Assembly (NCBI GenBank): GCA_012729555.1
Contig: JAAYCX010000051.1
Span: forward strand, 17,882 to 81,881
Direction of reading: 5' to 3'
DNA length: 64,000 nucleotides
From: Acidobacteriota bacterium
GTDB taxonomy: Bacteria; Acidobacteriota; UBA6911
This document shows positions 48,571-58,792 of the stretch, piece after piece (the stretch's first letter is position 1; every line of letters begins with the position of its first letter). The notes beneath the pieces were generated by a model. The model saw only the letters and a program-made list of their open reading frames with translations, was not told where the DNA came from and did not search any database. Both the position numbers and the translations under genes were made by a program.

Positions 48571-49704
48571 ATGATCGGCCTCGTCAGCAGCCCGGACACC
48601 CGGCAGAAGCTCGAGATCCTGAGCGCGGACGCCCAGTACGACCTGGCGTGCGCCTGCGGCACCGGCAAGGACGACCGCCGGCGGCGAGGGTCCGGGGACG
48701 GCTGGATCTATCCCGTGACCCTCGCCGGCGGGGGCACGAGCGTCCTGTTCAAGACCCTGGTCTCGAACGTCTGCGCCAACGACTGCCTCTACTGCCCGCT
48801 GCGGGCGGACCAGGACGTGCGCCGCTGCGCCCTCACCGGGGAGGAGACCGTCCGGGCCTTCCTCGATTACTACACGCGCGGCAGGGTGTTCGGCCTCTTT
48901 CTCACCTCGGGGGTGCCGGGAACGCCCGACGCCGCCATGGAGCAGCTGATCCGCGTCGCCCGCATCCTGCGCACCCGGCACGGCTTCAGGGGCTACATCC
49001 ACCTCAAGATCATCCCGGGCGCCAGCGCCGCCGCCGTCGAGGAGGCGGTTTCCCTCTCGACCGCGGTCTCGCTCAACATCGAGACCCCCGGGGCGCGCCA
49101 CCTCGCCCGCCTCTCCCGGCGCAAGGACTTCCTGCACGACATCGTGGAGCCGATCAAGCTGGTCAGCCGCCTGACGGCCCCCGGCGCGCGCTACGAGCGG
49201 GTGAAGCAGACCACCCAGTTCGTGGTGGGGGCGGCGGAGGAGACCGACGCCGAGATCGTGCGCTACATGGGGGGGCTCTACGACCGGCTCCGGCTCCAGC
49301 GCGTCTACTTCAGCGCCTACCAGAAGGGGCCGGGGGACTCCGCGCCGGCGGGGGAGGGCGCACGGACCGGCCGGGACGCCCTGGCCCGGGAACACCGCCT
49401 CTACCAGGTCGATTTCCTGATGCGGCGGTACGGGTTCGCCGCCGCGGAGATCGGCTTCGACCCCTCCGGCAACCTCCCGCTGGAACTCGACCCGAAGGAG
49501 GAGTGGGCGCGGAGGCACCCGGAGTTCTTCCCGCTGGACATCAACCGCGCTCCCGCGCGCGACCTGCTGCGGGTCCCGGGGCTGGGGGAGGTCACCGTGC
49601 GCCGGATCGTGGAGCGGCGCAAGGGCTCGAGGATCCGGGCCCTCGACGAGGTGGCCCGTCCCACGGCGTGGATCCGGAAGGCGGGAGGATACCTCAGAGC
49701 CTAG
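48571..49704 (+). CDS. radical SAM protein, putative DNA modification/repair type (CxxxCxxC + C-terminal HhH)
   Basis: CANDCLYC cluster motif. C-terminal helix-hairpin-helix (DLLRVPGLGEVTVRRIV). Starts 2 nt after the selenoprotein-candidate stop. Confidence 0.7.
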   Translation: MIGLVSSPDTRQKLEILSADAQYDLACACGTGKDDRRRRGSGDGWIYPVTLAGGGTSVLFKTLVSNVCANDCLYCPLRADQDVRRCALTGEETVRAFLDYYTRGRVFGLFLTSGVPGTPDAAMEQLIRVARILRTRHGFRGYIHLKIIPGASAAAVEEAVSLSTAVSLNIETPGARHLARLSRRKDFLHDIVEPIKLVSRLTAPGARYERVKQTTQFVVGAAEETDAEIVRYMGGLYDRLRLQRVYFSAYQKGPGDSAPAGEGARTGRDALAREHRLYQVDFLMRRYGFAAAEIGFDPSGNLPLELDPKEEWARRHPEFFPLDINRAPARDLLRVPGLGEVTVRRIVERRKGSRIRALDEVARPTAWIRKAGGYLRA

Positions 49705-49797
49705 CGCTTCGCTCCCATGGCGCCCTGGGCTCGCTACGGTTTGTGTCCGCCCGGAACAGCCCCTGCCGGAGCCATCGAGGATTTCCTGCAGATCCCG

Positions 49798-49838
49798 CGA
49801 CATCGGGCGAAAATATGCGTCCTTTTCGCCCGATGTCG
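49798..49838. terminator. perfect 16-bp inverted repeat (CGACATCGGGCGAAAA / TTTTCGCCCGATGTCG) hairpin between convergent genes, T6 at 49855-49860
   Basis: Every base of the 16-bp arms pairs; 9-nt loop. Lies just past the stop of the minus-strand gene 49848-51629. Confidence 0.45.
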
Positions 49839-49847
49839 GGGGCCCCG

Positions 49848-51629
49848 TCAGGCCTTTTTTCCCCTGACCTTCGGTGGGAAGTAGTCCCTGACGTCGTAGC
49901 AGCCGATGTGGCGGCCGATCGCCCCGGTCAGGCTGAGGTTCACCCCCCCCGCGCCCCCCGAAAATCCGAAGCCGCAGTCGTGGGTGATCCGGGTGTTGAT
50001 CAGGACGATCATCTGGGAGCCGTTGCACGCCTCCTCGTTGACGGCCATGAGGTAGACCCCGTCGCGTACCTTGACGTAGATGCAGGGGGCGCACCACTGG
50101 GCCCCCATCGTCTGGTTTTCGGTGAAGATGGTCCAGGAATGGGAGTGCGGGGTGGTATACAGGTGCATCGACGTCATCTGGTCGCTGTAGGACCAGGAGA
50201 AGGCGTGCCCCACCAGTTCGTCGGTGAAGGTGTGGCGCAGGTACCGCGGCGCGTTCACCCCCTTCATCTCGGCCACGCCGAAAAGGGCGTAGTAGGAGGT
50301 CTCGTTGCCGTAGTACTCCGTCCCCATCTGCGAATGGATGCAGGTGGTCAGCCCGTTGATCAGGTCGAGGGCCACCTGCACGCTCGCGCGCGGCTTGCTG
50401 TCGACCAGGAGGTGGCTGAACCAGGCCAGCCGGTCGTCGGCCTCGTAAGCGCGGTAGTCCACCTCGTGCCAGGCGGTCTCCCCGTCCTCGCGGTACTTGA
50501 GCCGGTACTTCTCCCCGACCTGGTAATGGCGCACCGGCCCCCCGCTGTCGTAGCGGAGGGTGAACTCCCTGCCGACCAGGATGTCGCTGAAGGGCATGTT
50601 GTTCCCCGCCATCGCCTGGACCGCCTCCATCCCGCCGCCGAAGGCCTTGGTGCTCTTCTGCGCCGCCTGGTGCACCTCCTCGTCGGACATGTACTGGAAG
50701 TCGCGCACCGGGCGGTAGACCAGCCGCTGCCCCTTCCCCGGGGACTGCGGGTCGGAGGCGGACTGGACGACCATCGGTTTCTTGCCGTGCTCGTCGAACG
50801 GCTCCAGCCGGGTGAGTTCCCCGACCACCTTGCCCGTCCCCCGGAACATGTAGTATTCCAGCTCGTCCTTCTCGTTCAGGCCGAGCCGCACCCCCGCCTG
50901 GGTCTCCGTGAAGAGGTCGGCGACGAAGAGGGTGAAGATGCCCGAAAACTCGCACTCCGTCCGGTCGTAGATGAACATGTTGTCGTTGACCAGCACGTAG
51001 TCCGAGGGGCTGCAGTAGGCGAGGTCGTCGTTGTGGCGCGTCAGGTCCGCGAAATTCGAGCTGGCCACCGAAGCGTAGAATTCGAGGGTCTCGATTCCCG
51101 TGTCCTGTTTCCAGTACATCCCCTTCCCCTCGATCCGGTTGGTCAGGTGGTGGCGCGCCTCGGGCGCCTTCCGGCCCGGGGCGTCGACGTAGCCGAAATA
51201 GATCTGCCGCTGCACCTCGCGGTCGTCGACCGTGATTTCCTTTTGCCCCAAGGTCTTCTCCTTCCGGCCGCTCGAGAGCCAGACCTCGAACACCGTGACC
51301 AGGTGCGTCTCCCGGTCCACGAAGACGTTGTACCCCTTCTGGGCCCCCGGGATCATGTGGGAGAAGAAAACCACCTGCCCGAGCGTCAGCCCCCCATACC
51401 CCGCGCGGATCTTCTTCCCGCCGTTTTCGGACAGCTCGAGCCGCTTTTTGTCCCTGAAGGCGTATTCCAGGACAGGGCCGCCGTCGGTCACTATTTTCAG
51501 GGACTTGCCCGACAGGGCGTCCGAGAATTCCGATACGCAAACCGGACCGGAATCGGCGGCCTCGAGCTTCCGCCCCACCTGGTCCTTCGTCAGCTTCGTG
51601 TATTTGAATCGATGCATGGGTATGTTCAT
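49848..51629 (-). CDS. hypothetical protein with internal repeats, possibly MoaF/phenolic-acid-decarboxylase-like (calycin-fold) domains
   Basis: 593 aa starting MNIPMH, with a strong AAAGGAGG SD 6-7 nt upstream. Up to three related segments (e.g. ...GYNVFVDRETHLVTVFEVW..., ...HAFSWSYSDQMTSMHLYTTPHSHSWTIF...). The family call is tentative. Confidence 0.4.
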   Translation of the reverse strand: MNIPMHRFKYTKLTKDQVGRKLEAADSGPVCVSEFSDALSGKSLKIVTDGGPVLEYAFRDKKRLELSENGGKKIRAGYGGLTLGQVVFFSHMIPGAQKGYNVFVDRETHLVTVFEVWLSSGRKEKTLGQKEITVDDREVQRQIYFGYVDAPGRKAPEARHHLTNRIEGKGMYWKQDTGIETLEFYASVASSNFADLTRHNDDLAYCSPSDYVLVNDNMFIYDRTECEFSGIFTLFVADLFTETQAGVRLGLNEKDELEYYMFRGTGKVVGELTRLEPFDEHGKKPMVVQSASDPQSPGKGQRLVYRPVRDFQYMSDEEVHQAAQKSTKAFGGGMEAVQAMAGNNMPFSDILVGREFTLRYDSGGPVRHYQVGEKYRLKYREDGETAWHEVDYRAYEADDRLAWFSHLLVDSKPRASVQVALDLINGLTTCIHSQMGTEYYGNETSYYALFGVAEMKGVNAPRYLRHTFTDELVGHAFSWSYSDQMTSMHLYTTPHSHSWTIFTENQTMGAQWCAPCIYVKVRDGVYLMAVNEEACNGSQMIVLINTRITHDCGFGFSGGAGGVNLSLTGAIGRHIGCYDVRDYFPPKVRGKKA

Positions 51630-51788
51630 CAGCCTGCCTCCTTTGGGCCGCCCCGGATTTACGGGAGATCTATCGATTTGAGTCATGCTATCATAACCGA
51701 TTATGCCGGATTGCGATAATGGTTCCTGTGCGGCCGGGGCCGGGTTCGAACCCCCCGGCGCTGCAGCCGCGCGCGAAAGGACATCGAG

Positions 51789-52463
51789 ATGAAACCCTCC
51801 ACCATTTCCCAGTTGTTCGGCCAGTCCCCCTTCCCCCTGCTCAAGGAGCACATGGAGAAGGTCAAGCTCTGCCTCGACGAGGTCCGCCCCATGATGGAGG
51901 CGGTGGCCGAGGGGAAGGGGGCGGAGAACGAGGCCGCCCGCAGGATCATGAGGATCGAGCACGAGGTCGACCTGATCAAGGTGAACCTGCGCGACAACCT
52001 GTCCAAGAGCATTTTCCTGCCGGTGGACCGGAGCGACCTGCTGGCGGTGCTCTCGGCCCAGGACGGGATCGCCGACATGTGCGAGGACCTCGCCGTCCTC
52101 GTCACCGTCCGCACGACCCGGATCCCGGACGCGTTCAGGGACGGGCTCTTCGAATACCTCGACAAATGCCTGGAGGCCGCCTACCTCTGCGTCGACATCA
52201 CCCGGGAATTCGACAGGATGATCGAATCCTCCTTCGGCGGCCACGAGGCCGAAAAGATCCTCGGGATGATCGACGCGGTCAGCGCCCTGGAGTGGGAGGC
52301 CGACAAGAAGCAGTACCGGCTCGCGCAGCACCTGTTCCAGCTGGAGGACCGGCTCTCCCCCGTGGACGTCATGCTCTGGTTCGAGATCTTCAAGGTGATC
52401 GGCAACATCGCCAATTCGGCCGAAAAGATGACCAAGCGCCTCCGCACCTTTTTCAAGGCGTAA
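51789..52463 (+). CDS. DUF47/PhoU-like protein (Pit accessory protein)
   Basis: TIGR00153-type four-helix PhoU-like protein; such proteins are typically encoded upstream of a PiT-family phosphate transporter, as here. Confidence 0.75.
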   Translation: MKPSTISQLFGQSPFPLLKEHMEKVKLCLDEVRPMMEAVAEGKGAENEAARRIMRIEHEVDLIKVNLRDNLSKSIFLPVDRSDLLAVLSAQDGIADMCEDLAVLVTVRTTRIPDAFRDGLFEYLDKCLEAAYLCVDITREFDRMIESSFGGHEAEKILGMIDAVSALEWEADKKQYRLAQHLFQLEDRLSPVDVMLWFEIFKVIGNIANSAEKMTKRLRTFFKA

Positions 52464-52488
52464 GCCCCGCACCCGCGCAAAGGAACAG

Positions 52489-53746
52489 CATGGACCCTCT
52501 CTCACTCCTCATCCTCGTCATCGCCACCGTCTTCTGCGTCTACATGGCCTGGAACATCGGAGCCAACGACGTGGCCAACGCCATGGGCACCTCGGTCGGC
52601 TCGAAGGCGCTGACCCTGAAGGGCGCCGTCATCGTGGCGGCCGTCTTCGAGTTCTCCGGGGCCCTCTTCATCGGCTCGCGCGTCACCGACACGATCCGGC
52701 GCGGCATGGTGGACACCGGACTCTTCGCGGCCGACCCGATGATGCTGGTCTACGGCATGCTCGCGGCGCTGCTGTCGGCCGCCGTCTGGCTCAACATCGC
52801 CTCCAGATACGGCCTCCCGGTATCCACCACCCACGCGATCGTAGGGGCCGTCACCGGTTTCGGGATCGTGGCGGGGGGGTGGGCGTCGATCCAGTGGGGC
52901 ACGATGGTGAAGATCGTCCTGAGCTGGCTCGTCTCCCCCCTGAGCGGCGGCATCATGGCGTTCGCCCTCTTCACCTTTCTGAACCGCAAGATCATCAACG
53001 CCGCCAACCCGTTCAGGGCATTGCGTTTCCATGTCCCCATCCTGGTGTTCGCCGTCGTCGCCGTCATCGGGATCGCCCTCTTTCACGAGGGGCTCGCCAG
53101 CGTGCGCCTCCCGATTCCATTCTGGTTCGCCGGTCTGCTGGCTCTTGCGGTCGGGCTGGCGGCGGCCCTGGCCGTGCGCATCGCCATCGTCCGGATCACG
53201 GAACGGAGGAGCCCCGAACTGCTCAGCCGCTTCAATTTCATCGAGTACATCTTCAAGTACCTGCAGATCATGACGGCGTGCTACGTCGCCTTCGCCCACG
53301 GGTCGAACGACGTCGCCAACGCCGTCGGCCCCTACGCCGCCATCGTCTCGATCCTCGGGAGCCACAACGTGGCGGCGAAAACGGAGGTGCCGGTCTGGAT
53401 CCTCGGCATGGGGGGGATCGGCATCGTGATCGGGCTGGCGACCTACGGCTACAAGGTGATCGAGACCATCGGCAGGAAGATCACCGAGCTGACCCCGTCG
53501 CGCGGGTTCGCGGCCGAATTCGGGACGGCCACCACCGTCCTCGTCTGCTCGAACCTCGGCATCCCCATCTCGACGACGCACACGCTCGTCGGCGCCGTTA
53601 TCGGGATCGGGTTCGCTCGCGGCATCTCGGCGCTCGATTTCCGCATCGTGCGCAACATCTTCTCGTCCTGGTTCATCACCCTGCCGGCGACGATGCTCAT
53701 TTCCATCGTCCTCTTCCTGGCCTTCCGCTACATGTTCGGCGCGTAG
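52489..53746 (+). CDS. pit: inorganic phosphate transporter, PiT family
   Basis: Duplicated PiT signatures GANDVANAMGTSVGS and GSNDVANAVGP. Multi-TM, 419 aa. Start at ATG 52489; the track's 51719 start is an extension. Confidence 0.85.
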
Positions 53747-53754
53747 GGGCCGTC

Positions 53755-54915
53755 TCAGCCCGCCGCCGTGATGCCGTGATCGCTGATGCCGCGGATCCAG
53801 TAATCGGGGGTGTGGGCGAAGTTCATGAAGATGACGACGAACCCCATCGCCGCCTGGAGCATGAGGCCCTTGTCCCGGTAGAGTTCCTCGAGGTGCCGGT
53901 CGCGGGCGCCGGAATCGGGATGGTTGAACTGGTTCATGCAGAAACCGTCGAGCAGGTGCCTCCCGCCCGGGGAGGTGATCTGGGTCAGCCCCCCTTCCTG
54001 GGCATATCCCTGCACCTCCATCAGGATGGAGCGCTGCCGGTCGAGGTCGGTCTCGTGGTAGGCCATGATGTGCAGGGCGATCCGCTGGGCCTCGTCCATG
54101 CCGGCCAGGGCGAGGGCCTCGAAGAGGCGGCCCGTGGCCCCGTCACCCCGGGCCGCGTCCTTCTCCCGGATCAGGGAAAGGAGGATGGCGTTCTTGAAGA
54201 GCTGGTAAAGGCGCTGGGCCCCGTCCAGAGGGGATTTGACCGGGTGTTCGATCCCGGGCCGGTACCCTTCCCCGGAAGGGGGGAACAGCACCCGGAAGAC
54301 CACCCGGAAGAAGTCCGTGTCCTTGAGGAGGTCGTCCACGTCGATATGCATGTCGAGGGTGTTGTCGAGGCGGTCGGCCAGCTTGACCCGCACCAGTTCG
54401 GGCGTCTGCGCCGTCCGGTCGAGCAGCCGGCCGATGTACCCGTAGTAGGACTCCCCCTCCCTGATCGCCAGGTGCTGGAGCCGCTCCATGAGATACCATT
54501 CGTCGGTGGGGTCGATGTCCTTCAGCAGGTTCCGGAACTTGGCCTCGGCCTCGACGAACCTCTCCGGGCCCAGGGCCTCGACGGTGAGGTCCTCGTATTT
54601 GTCGTGGAGCAGCTCGGTGAGCATGTCGAGCAGGTGGGGCCGGTCGGCCGCCTGGCCGAGCAGCGCCGTCGCGCGGAGCGGGTGGAGGATCGCCGGGGGA
54701 CCGACCCGCCGCCGCTGGGTGCCGTAGGCGTGGTCCAGGTACTCGAGCACGTGCAGCAGCGCCTCGCGCTCCGAAGCCCGCTCCAGGGGCGCGCGGTTGG
54801 TGATGATGCGGACGATGTTTTCCCGCCCCACTCCCTGGGCCGTCAGCTGCATGTTCAGGGAGGCGGAAAGCCTCAGAAAATCGGTCAGGTCATGCAGCGG
54901 CATGGGGTGCCTCAA
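53755..54915 (-). CDS. HD-domain protein, RelA/SpoT-type (p)ppGpp-hydrolase-like
   Basis: ILHPLRATALL ... LLHDKYEDL resembles the H...HD motifs of SpoT-like HD hydrolases. 386 aa. Confidence 0.5.
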   Translation of the reverse strand: MRHPMPLHDLTDFLRLSASLNMQLTAQGVGRENIVRIITNRAPLERASEREALLHVLEYLDHAYGTQRRRVGPPAILHPLRATALLGQAADRPHLLDMLTELLHDKYEDLTVEALGPERFVEAEAKFRNLLKDIDPTDEWYLMERLQHLAIREGESYYGYIGRLLDRTAQTPELVRVKLADRLDNTLDMHIDVDDLLKDTDFFRVVFRVLFPPSGEGYRPGIEHPVKSPLDGAQRLYQLFKNAILLSLIREKDAARGDGATGRLFEALALAGMDEAQRIALHIMAYHETDLDRQRSILMEVQGYAQEGGLTQITSPGGRHLLDGFCMNQFNHPDSGARDRHLEELYRDKGLMLQAAMGFVVIFMNFAHTPDYWIRGISDHGITAAG

Positions 54916-55003
54916 TGTACATATTTCAATGATGTACCAGAATACGCCCGAATGCCAAAAAATCCGCTCCCGCTCCGGGCGGCCTGGACCGGGTGGCTGC
55001 AGT

Positions 55004-55660
55004 TCAGTCCCGCTGCGCCTTCGCCTTCTTCGAGGCGAACCCCATGATGAGGCCGAGCGCGATCCCCAGCAGCGCGGCGGCCGCCACGCGGTAGATCTCC
55101 GGGAGGAGGAAGGTGACGGTGTGCGCCGGAATCCAGAACCAGAGGACCGCCAGGCCGACGACGCGCAGCATGTTGCGCCAGTCGATCGACCGGAAGACCT
55201 CGACCGCCGGCCACGCCGAGAAGAGCCTGCCGCGCCCGATCAGGGTGTCGGTGAAGCGGTGGAACACCATCATCTCGAAACCGAAGATGAGGTTCATCAG
55301 GACCGACTTCCAGAGCGCGGGGGCCAGCGCCAGCCCGGCGCCCGGGAGCATCCCGCGCCCCAGCAGCGCGTCGACGCCGGTCGAAAAGAGGGGGATGACG
55401 AGGGCCAGCATCACCCCGATGGCGCCCCAGACCAGGGCCCGCTGCCCCAGCCGGACCCCCCCGAGGCGCCACCGTCCGGTGGCGATGCGGGCCCCGAGCA
55501 GTTCGCCCATCGTCCCGAGCAGTACGAACTTTGCGAAACCCATGAGGTAGGGGTGGAGGGCGGTGGCCGCCTTGAACCAGCCCGCGGTGGGCTCGACCAG
55601 CAGCCCGGCGACCGCTCCGCAGAAAACCAGCAGCCAGAGCAGGGTGATCAGCATCTGCAT
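55004..55660 (-). CDS. hypothetical integral membrane protein (~6 TM)
   Basis: Hydrophobic 218-aa ORF, no family recognised. Confidence 0.5.
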   Translation of the reverse strand: MQMLITLLWLLVFCGAVAGLLVEPTAGWFKAATALHPYLMGFAKFVLLGTMGELLGARIATGRWRLGGVRLGQRALVWGAIGVMLALVIPLFSTGVDALLGRGMLPGAGLALAPALWKSVLMNLIFGFEMMVFHRFTDTLIGRGRLFSAWPAVEVFRSIDWRNMLRVVGLAVLWFWIPAHTVTFLLPEIYRVAAAALLGIALGLIMGFASKKAKAQRD

Positions 55661-55711
55661 CGGATGGACCTCGTCGGTGAGATAGGATTTAAATCATTAC
55701 ATCGTGGTTAT

Positions 55712-58700
55712 TTATCGTGGCCCGTCCCCGTTTTTCTTGGAGGTGAACAGGTCGTACAGGATGGGGAGCGCCACGAGGGTGAGGATGCCCGAGCTGAGGA
55801 TCCCCCCGAGCATCGCGATGCCGGCGCCGTTTCTCATTTCGGCGCCGATCCCCCGGCCGAAGGCCAGGGGGAGCATCCCGAGCACCGCGGCGATCGTGAT
55901 CATGGCGACGGGGCGGAAGCGCTCGCACGTCGCCTCGATCATCGCCCGGTGGCGCGGGACCCCCTCCCGGATGTGGACGTTGAACTGGTCGACGATCAGG
56001 ATGGCGTTGTTGACCACGATCCCCATCACCATGACGAAGGCCATGATCTCGAAGACGCCGAGGCTTCCCCCGGTCCAGACGAGGCCCCAGACGGTGCCGA
56101 TCAGCGCGAGCGGGACGGTGACCAGGATCAGCACCGGCTGGCGGAACGATTCCAGGATGGCGGCCAGCATGAGCACGATGAGGATGATCGACAGGACGCC
56201 GGCCTCGCCGAGCCCCTCGAGCCCCTCGCTCATGACCTCGTAGACCCCGCCGAACCGGTAGCCGTACCGCGGGGGGAAATCCCCCTCGGCGTCGAGCCGG
56301 GCGCTCACCTGCTCCACGGCGCTGCCGAGAGGCAGCTCCGGAGCGAGGTTGGCGTAGACCTTCGACATGCGCTCCTTGTCCTTGCGGGTCAGGAGGATGG
56401 GGGCCGCCCCCTCCTCGACCGAGGCCACGGTGCCGAGCAGCACCGGCCGGCCGGGGGCGCCGGGGAGGAGAAAGGCGTCGACCTGTGCCCTCCCGGTCTG
56501 CTCCGCGAACTTGACCACGATGTCGTAGTTGCGCGCGTTCCGCTTGAAGGTGCCCGCGGCGATCCCCTCGAGGTTGGCCCTCAGGTTCATCCCCACCTCG
56601 AGCACCGGGTAGGCGAGGTCGGAGAGCACCTCCCGCTTCGGCACGATCCGCAGCTCCGGCTTCCCCTCCCGCACGGAGTGGTCGATGTCGGTGACACCCG
56701 GGATCGGGGCCACGAGTTCGCCGGCGGCCAAAGCCAGCCGGTCGAGGGTGCCGTACTCCTCCCCGGTGATCTCCAGTTCCAGGTCGCTCCCCTGCCCCCC
56801 GATGATCACCGGGACGTTCACGGTGACGATCGCCCCCGGATAGTCGGCGAGCCGGGCGCGGACCTCGGCGATGATCCCCTCGAGCGTCCGCTCGCGCTCG
56901 TCCCGTTCGGAGAACTTGAGGAGGATCTGGGCGAGGTGGACCCCCTCGGACGTCTGCCCCACCATCCCCTCCACCTTCCCGACGGTGCTCAGCATGTGCC
57001 GGAGCTCCGGCAGGTCCCGCAGGCGCGCCTCGGCCTCCCGCACCCGCTCGGCCGTGCGCGACAGGGCGTTGCCGGTGGGGTATTCCAGCTTGACGAACAG
57101 CTTCCCCTGGTCGGAGTCGGTCATCATGTTCGTCCCCATCCGGCCGGCGGCCAGCAGCGAAAGGGCGAAGAGGACGCCCACCAGGGCGAGGACCAGGACG
57201 GCGGCCCAGCGGTGCCGCTCGTTGTACTCGAGCAGCCCCCGCAAGGCGCGGGTAACGGCCGAGAAGCCGCGGTTCCACCCCCGCTCCAGGGCGGCGAGCG
57301 GGGAGCGCCCCCCCTCCCGGGGCGGCTTGAGCAGCAGGGAGCAGAGCATCGGCGTCAGGGTGAAGGAGACCAGGAGCGACACCGCCGTCATGATCAGCAT
57401 GGTCAAAGCCAGCGCCCGGATGAAAAGTCCGATCATCGAATCCATCATCGCCAGGGGGAAGAGGACGACCACGTTGGTGGCGATGCTCGCGAGCACGGCG
57501 ACCGTCGCCTCCGACGTGCCTGCCCGGGCCGCTTCCCGCGGGTCGCCCGACCGGTCGAAACGCTTCACGATCGCCTCGAGGACCACGATGGAGTTGGTGA
57601 CCAGGATCCCCACCGAAAGCCCCACGGCGATCAGGGTGGAGGCGTTCAGCGTCAACCCGGCCAGCTCCATGAAGAAGAGGCCGATGACGATGGTCAGCGG
57701 CATCGTGATCGCCACCACCAGGAGGGAGCGGAGGTTGTGGAGAAAGAGGAGGAGGATCAGGGCGGTCAGGAGGATCCCCTGCAGCACGTCGACCCAGGCG
57801 CTCCGGTTCATCGCCTCGATGAAGCGGCCGTCGTCGGCCACCCAGACCAGCTGCATCCCCCCCGGCAGGACGGCCCCGATGTCGTCCATCGCCTCCCTGA
57901 CGGCGCCCACCACCCGGACCGCGTTCGCGTCCGACCGCTTGATCACCCTCAGGGCCACCGCCGGCCGGCCGTCGACCGCCGCCTCCTGCCGCATCTCCTC
58001 GGTGGCCATGAGCACCGTGCCGACATCCCCGATCCGGGTGCGCTGCCCGCCCGAGCCGGCGATCTCGAGCTTCTCCAGCTCCCCGATGTCGTCGTAGTCG
58101 GCGTCGAACTTGACCGCGAACTCCGAGCCGCCGTCCCGCAGGTTGCCCGAGGGGATGGTCCGCACCCCCTGCCGGATCGCCCGGACGACGTCCATCGTCG
58201 ACAGCCCGCGCGCACCGAGGCGCCCGCGGTCGATCCGGACCTGGACCTCCCGCCGGGCGCCCCCGACGAGCTGCACGTCGGCCACCCCCGGGATCATCGT
58301 GATCCGGTCGCGAAGGGTGTTGTCGGCGTAGTCGAAGATCTCGTCGATGGGGGCGTCGCCCGCCAGCGCCAGGTCCACGACCGGGGCGGCGTTGAGGTCG
58401 TACTTCTGGATGATGGGGTCCTCGACATCCTCGGGCAGGTCGGCCCGGATCATGTCGAGCTTTTCCCGGACGTCGGTGGCGGCGATGTCGACGTCCACCC
58501 CGAGGTGGAATTCGAGCAGCGTCTGGCACATGTTCTCCATCGAGGAGGAGGTCACGTGCTTCAGCCCGTCGACGCTGACCACGGCGTCCTCGATCCGCTT
58601 GGCCACGTCGGTCTCGATCTCCTCCGGCGTCGCCCCGGGGTAGACCGTGACCACGGTGATGTAGGGGATGTCGACCCTGGGCATCAGCTCCAGCCCCAGC

Positions 58701-58792
58701 TTCCGGGCCGAATTGAGGCCCAGCAGCGCCAGCGCGATGATCAGGGAGCCCATCGCCACGGGCCTTTTGACCGAAGCGGCGGAAAGAAACAT
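55712..58792 (-). CDS. RND efflux permease (HAE1/AcrB-like)
   Basis: About 1026 aa, 12 TM plus large periplasmic loops; AcrB-family N-terminus MFLSAASVKRPVAMGSLIIALALLG. Start at ATG 58792; the track's 58903 start is an extension. Confidence 0.85.
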   Translation of the reverse strand: MFLSAASVKRPVAMGSLIIALALLGLNSARKLGLELMPRVDIPYITVVTVYPGATPEEIETDVAKRIEDAVVSVDGLKHVTSSSMENMCQTLLEFHLGVDVDIAATDVREKLDMIRADLPEDVEDPIIQKYDLNAAPVVDLALAGDAPIDEIFDYADNTLRDRITMIPGVADVQLVGGARREVQVRIDRGRLGARGLSTMDVVRAIRQGVRTIPSGNLRDGGSEFAVKFDADYDDIGELEKLEIAGSGGQRTRIGDVGTVLMATEEMRQEAAVDGRPAVALRVIKRSDANAVRVVGAVREAMDDIGAVLPGGMQLVWVADDGRFIEAMNRSAWVDVLQGILLTALILLLFLHNLRSLLVVAITMPLTIVIGLFFMELAGLTLNASTLIAVGLSVGILVTNSIVVLEAIVKRFDRSGDPREAARAGTSEATVAVLASIATNVVVLFPLAMMDSMIGLFIRALALTMLIMTAVSLLVSFTLTPMLCSLLLKPPREGGRSPLAALERGWNRGFSAVTRALRGLLEYNERHRWAAVLVLALVGVLFALSLLAAGRMGTNMMTDSDQGKLFVKLEYPTGNALSRTAERVREAEARLRDLPELRHMLSTVGKVEGMVGQTSEGVHLAQILLKFSERDERERTLEGIIAEVRARLADYPGAIVTVNVPVIIGGQGSDLELEITGEEYGTLDRLALAAGELVAPIPGVTDIDHSVREGKPELRIVPKREVLSDLAYPVLEVGMNLRANLEGIAAGTFKRNARNYDIVVKFAEQTGRAQVDAFLLPGAPGRPVLLGTVASVEEGAAPILLTRKDKERMSKVYANLAPELPLGSAVEQVSARLDAEGDFPPRYGYRFGGVYEVMSEGLEGLGEAGVLSIILIVLMLAAILESFRQPVLILVTVPLALIGTVWGLVWTGGSLGVFEIMAFVMVMGIVVNNAILIVDQFNVHIREGVPRHRAMIEATCERFRPVAMITIAAVLGMLPLAFGRGIGAEMRNGAGIAMLGGILSSGILTLVALPILYDLFTSKKNGDGPR

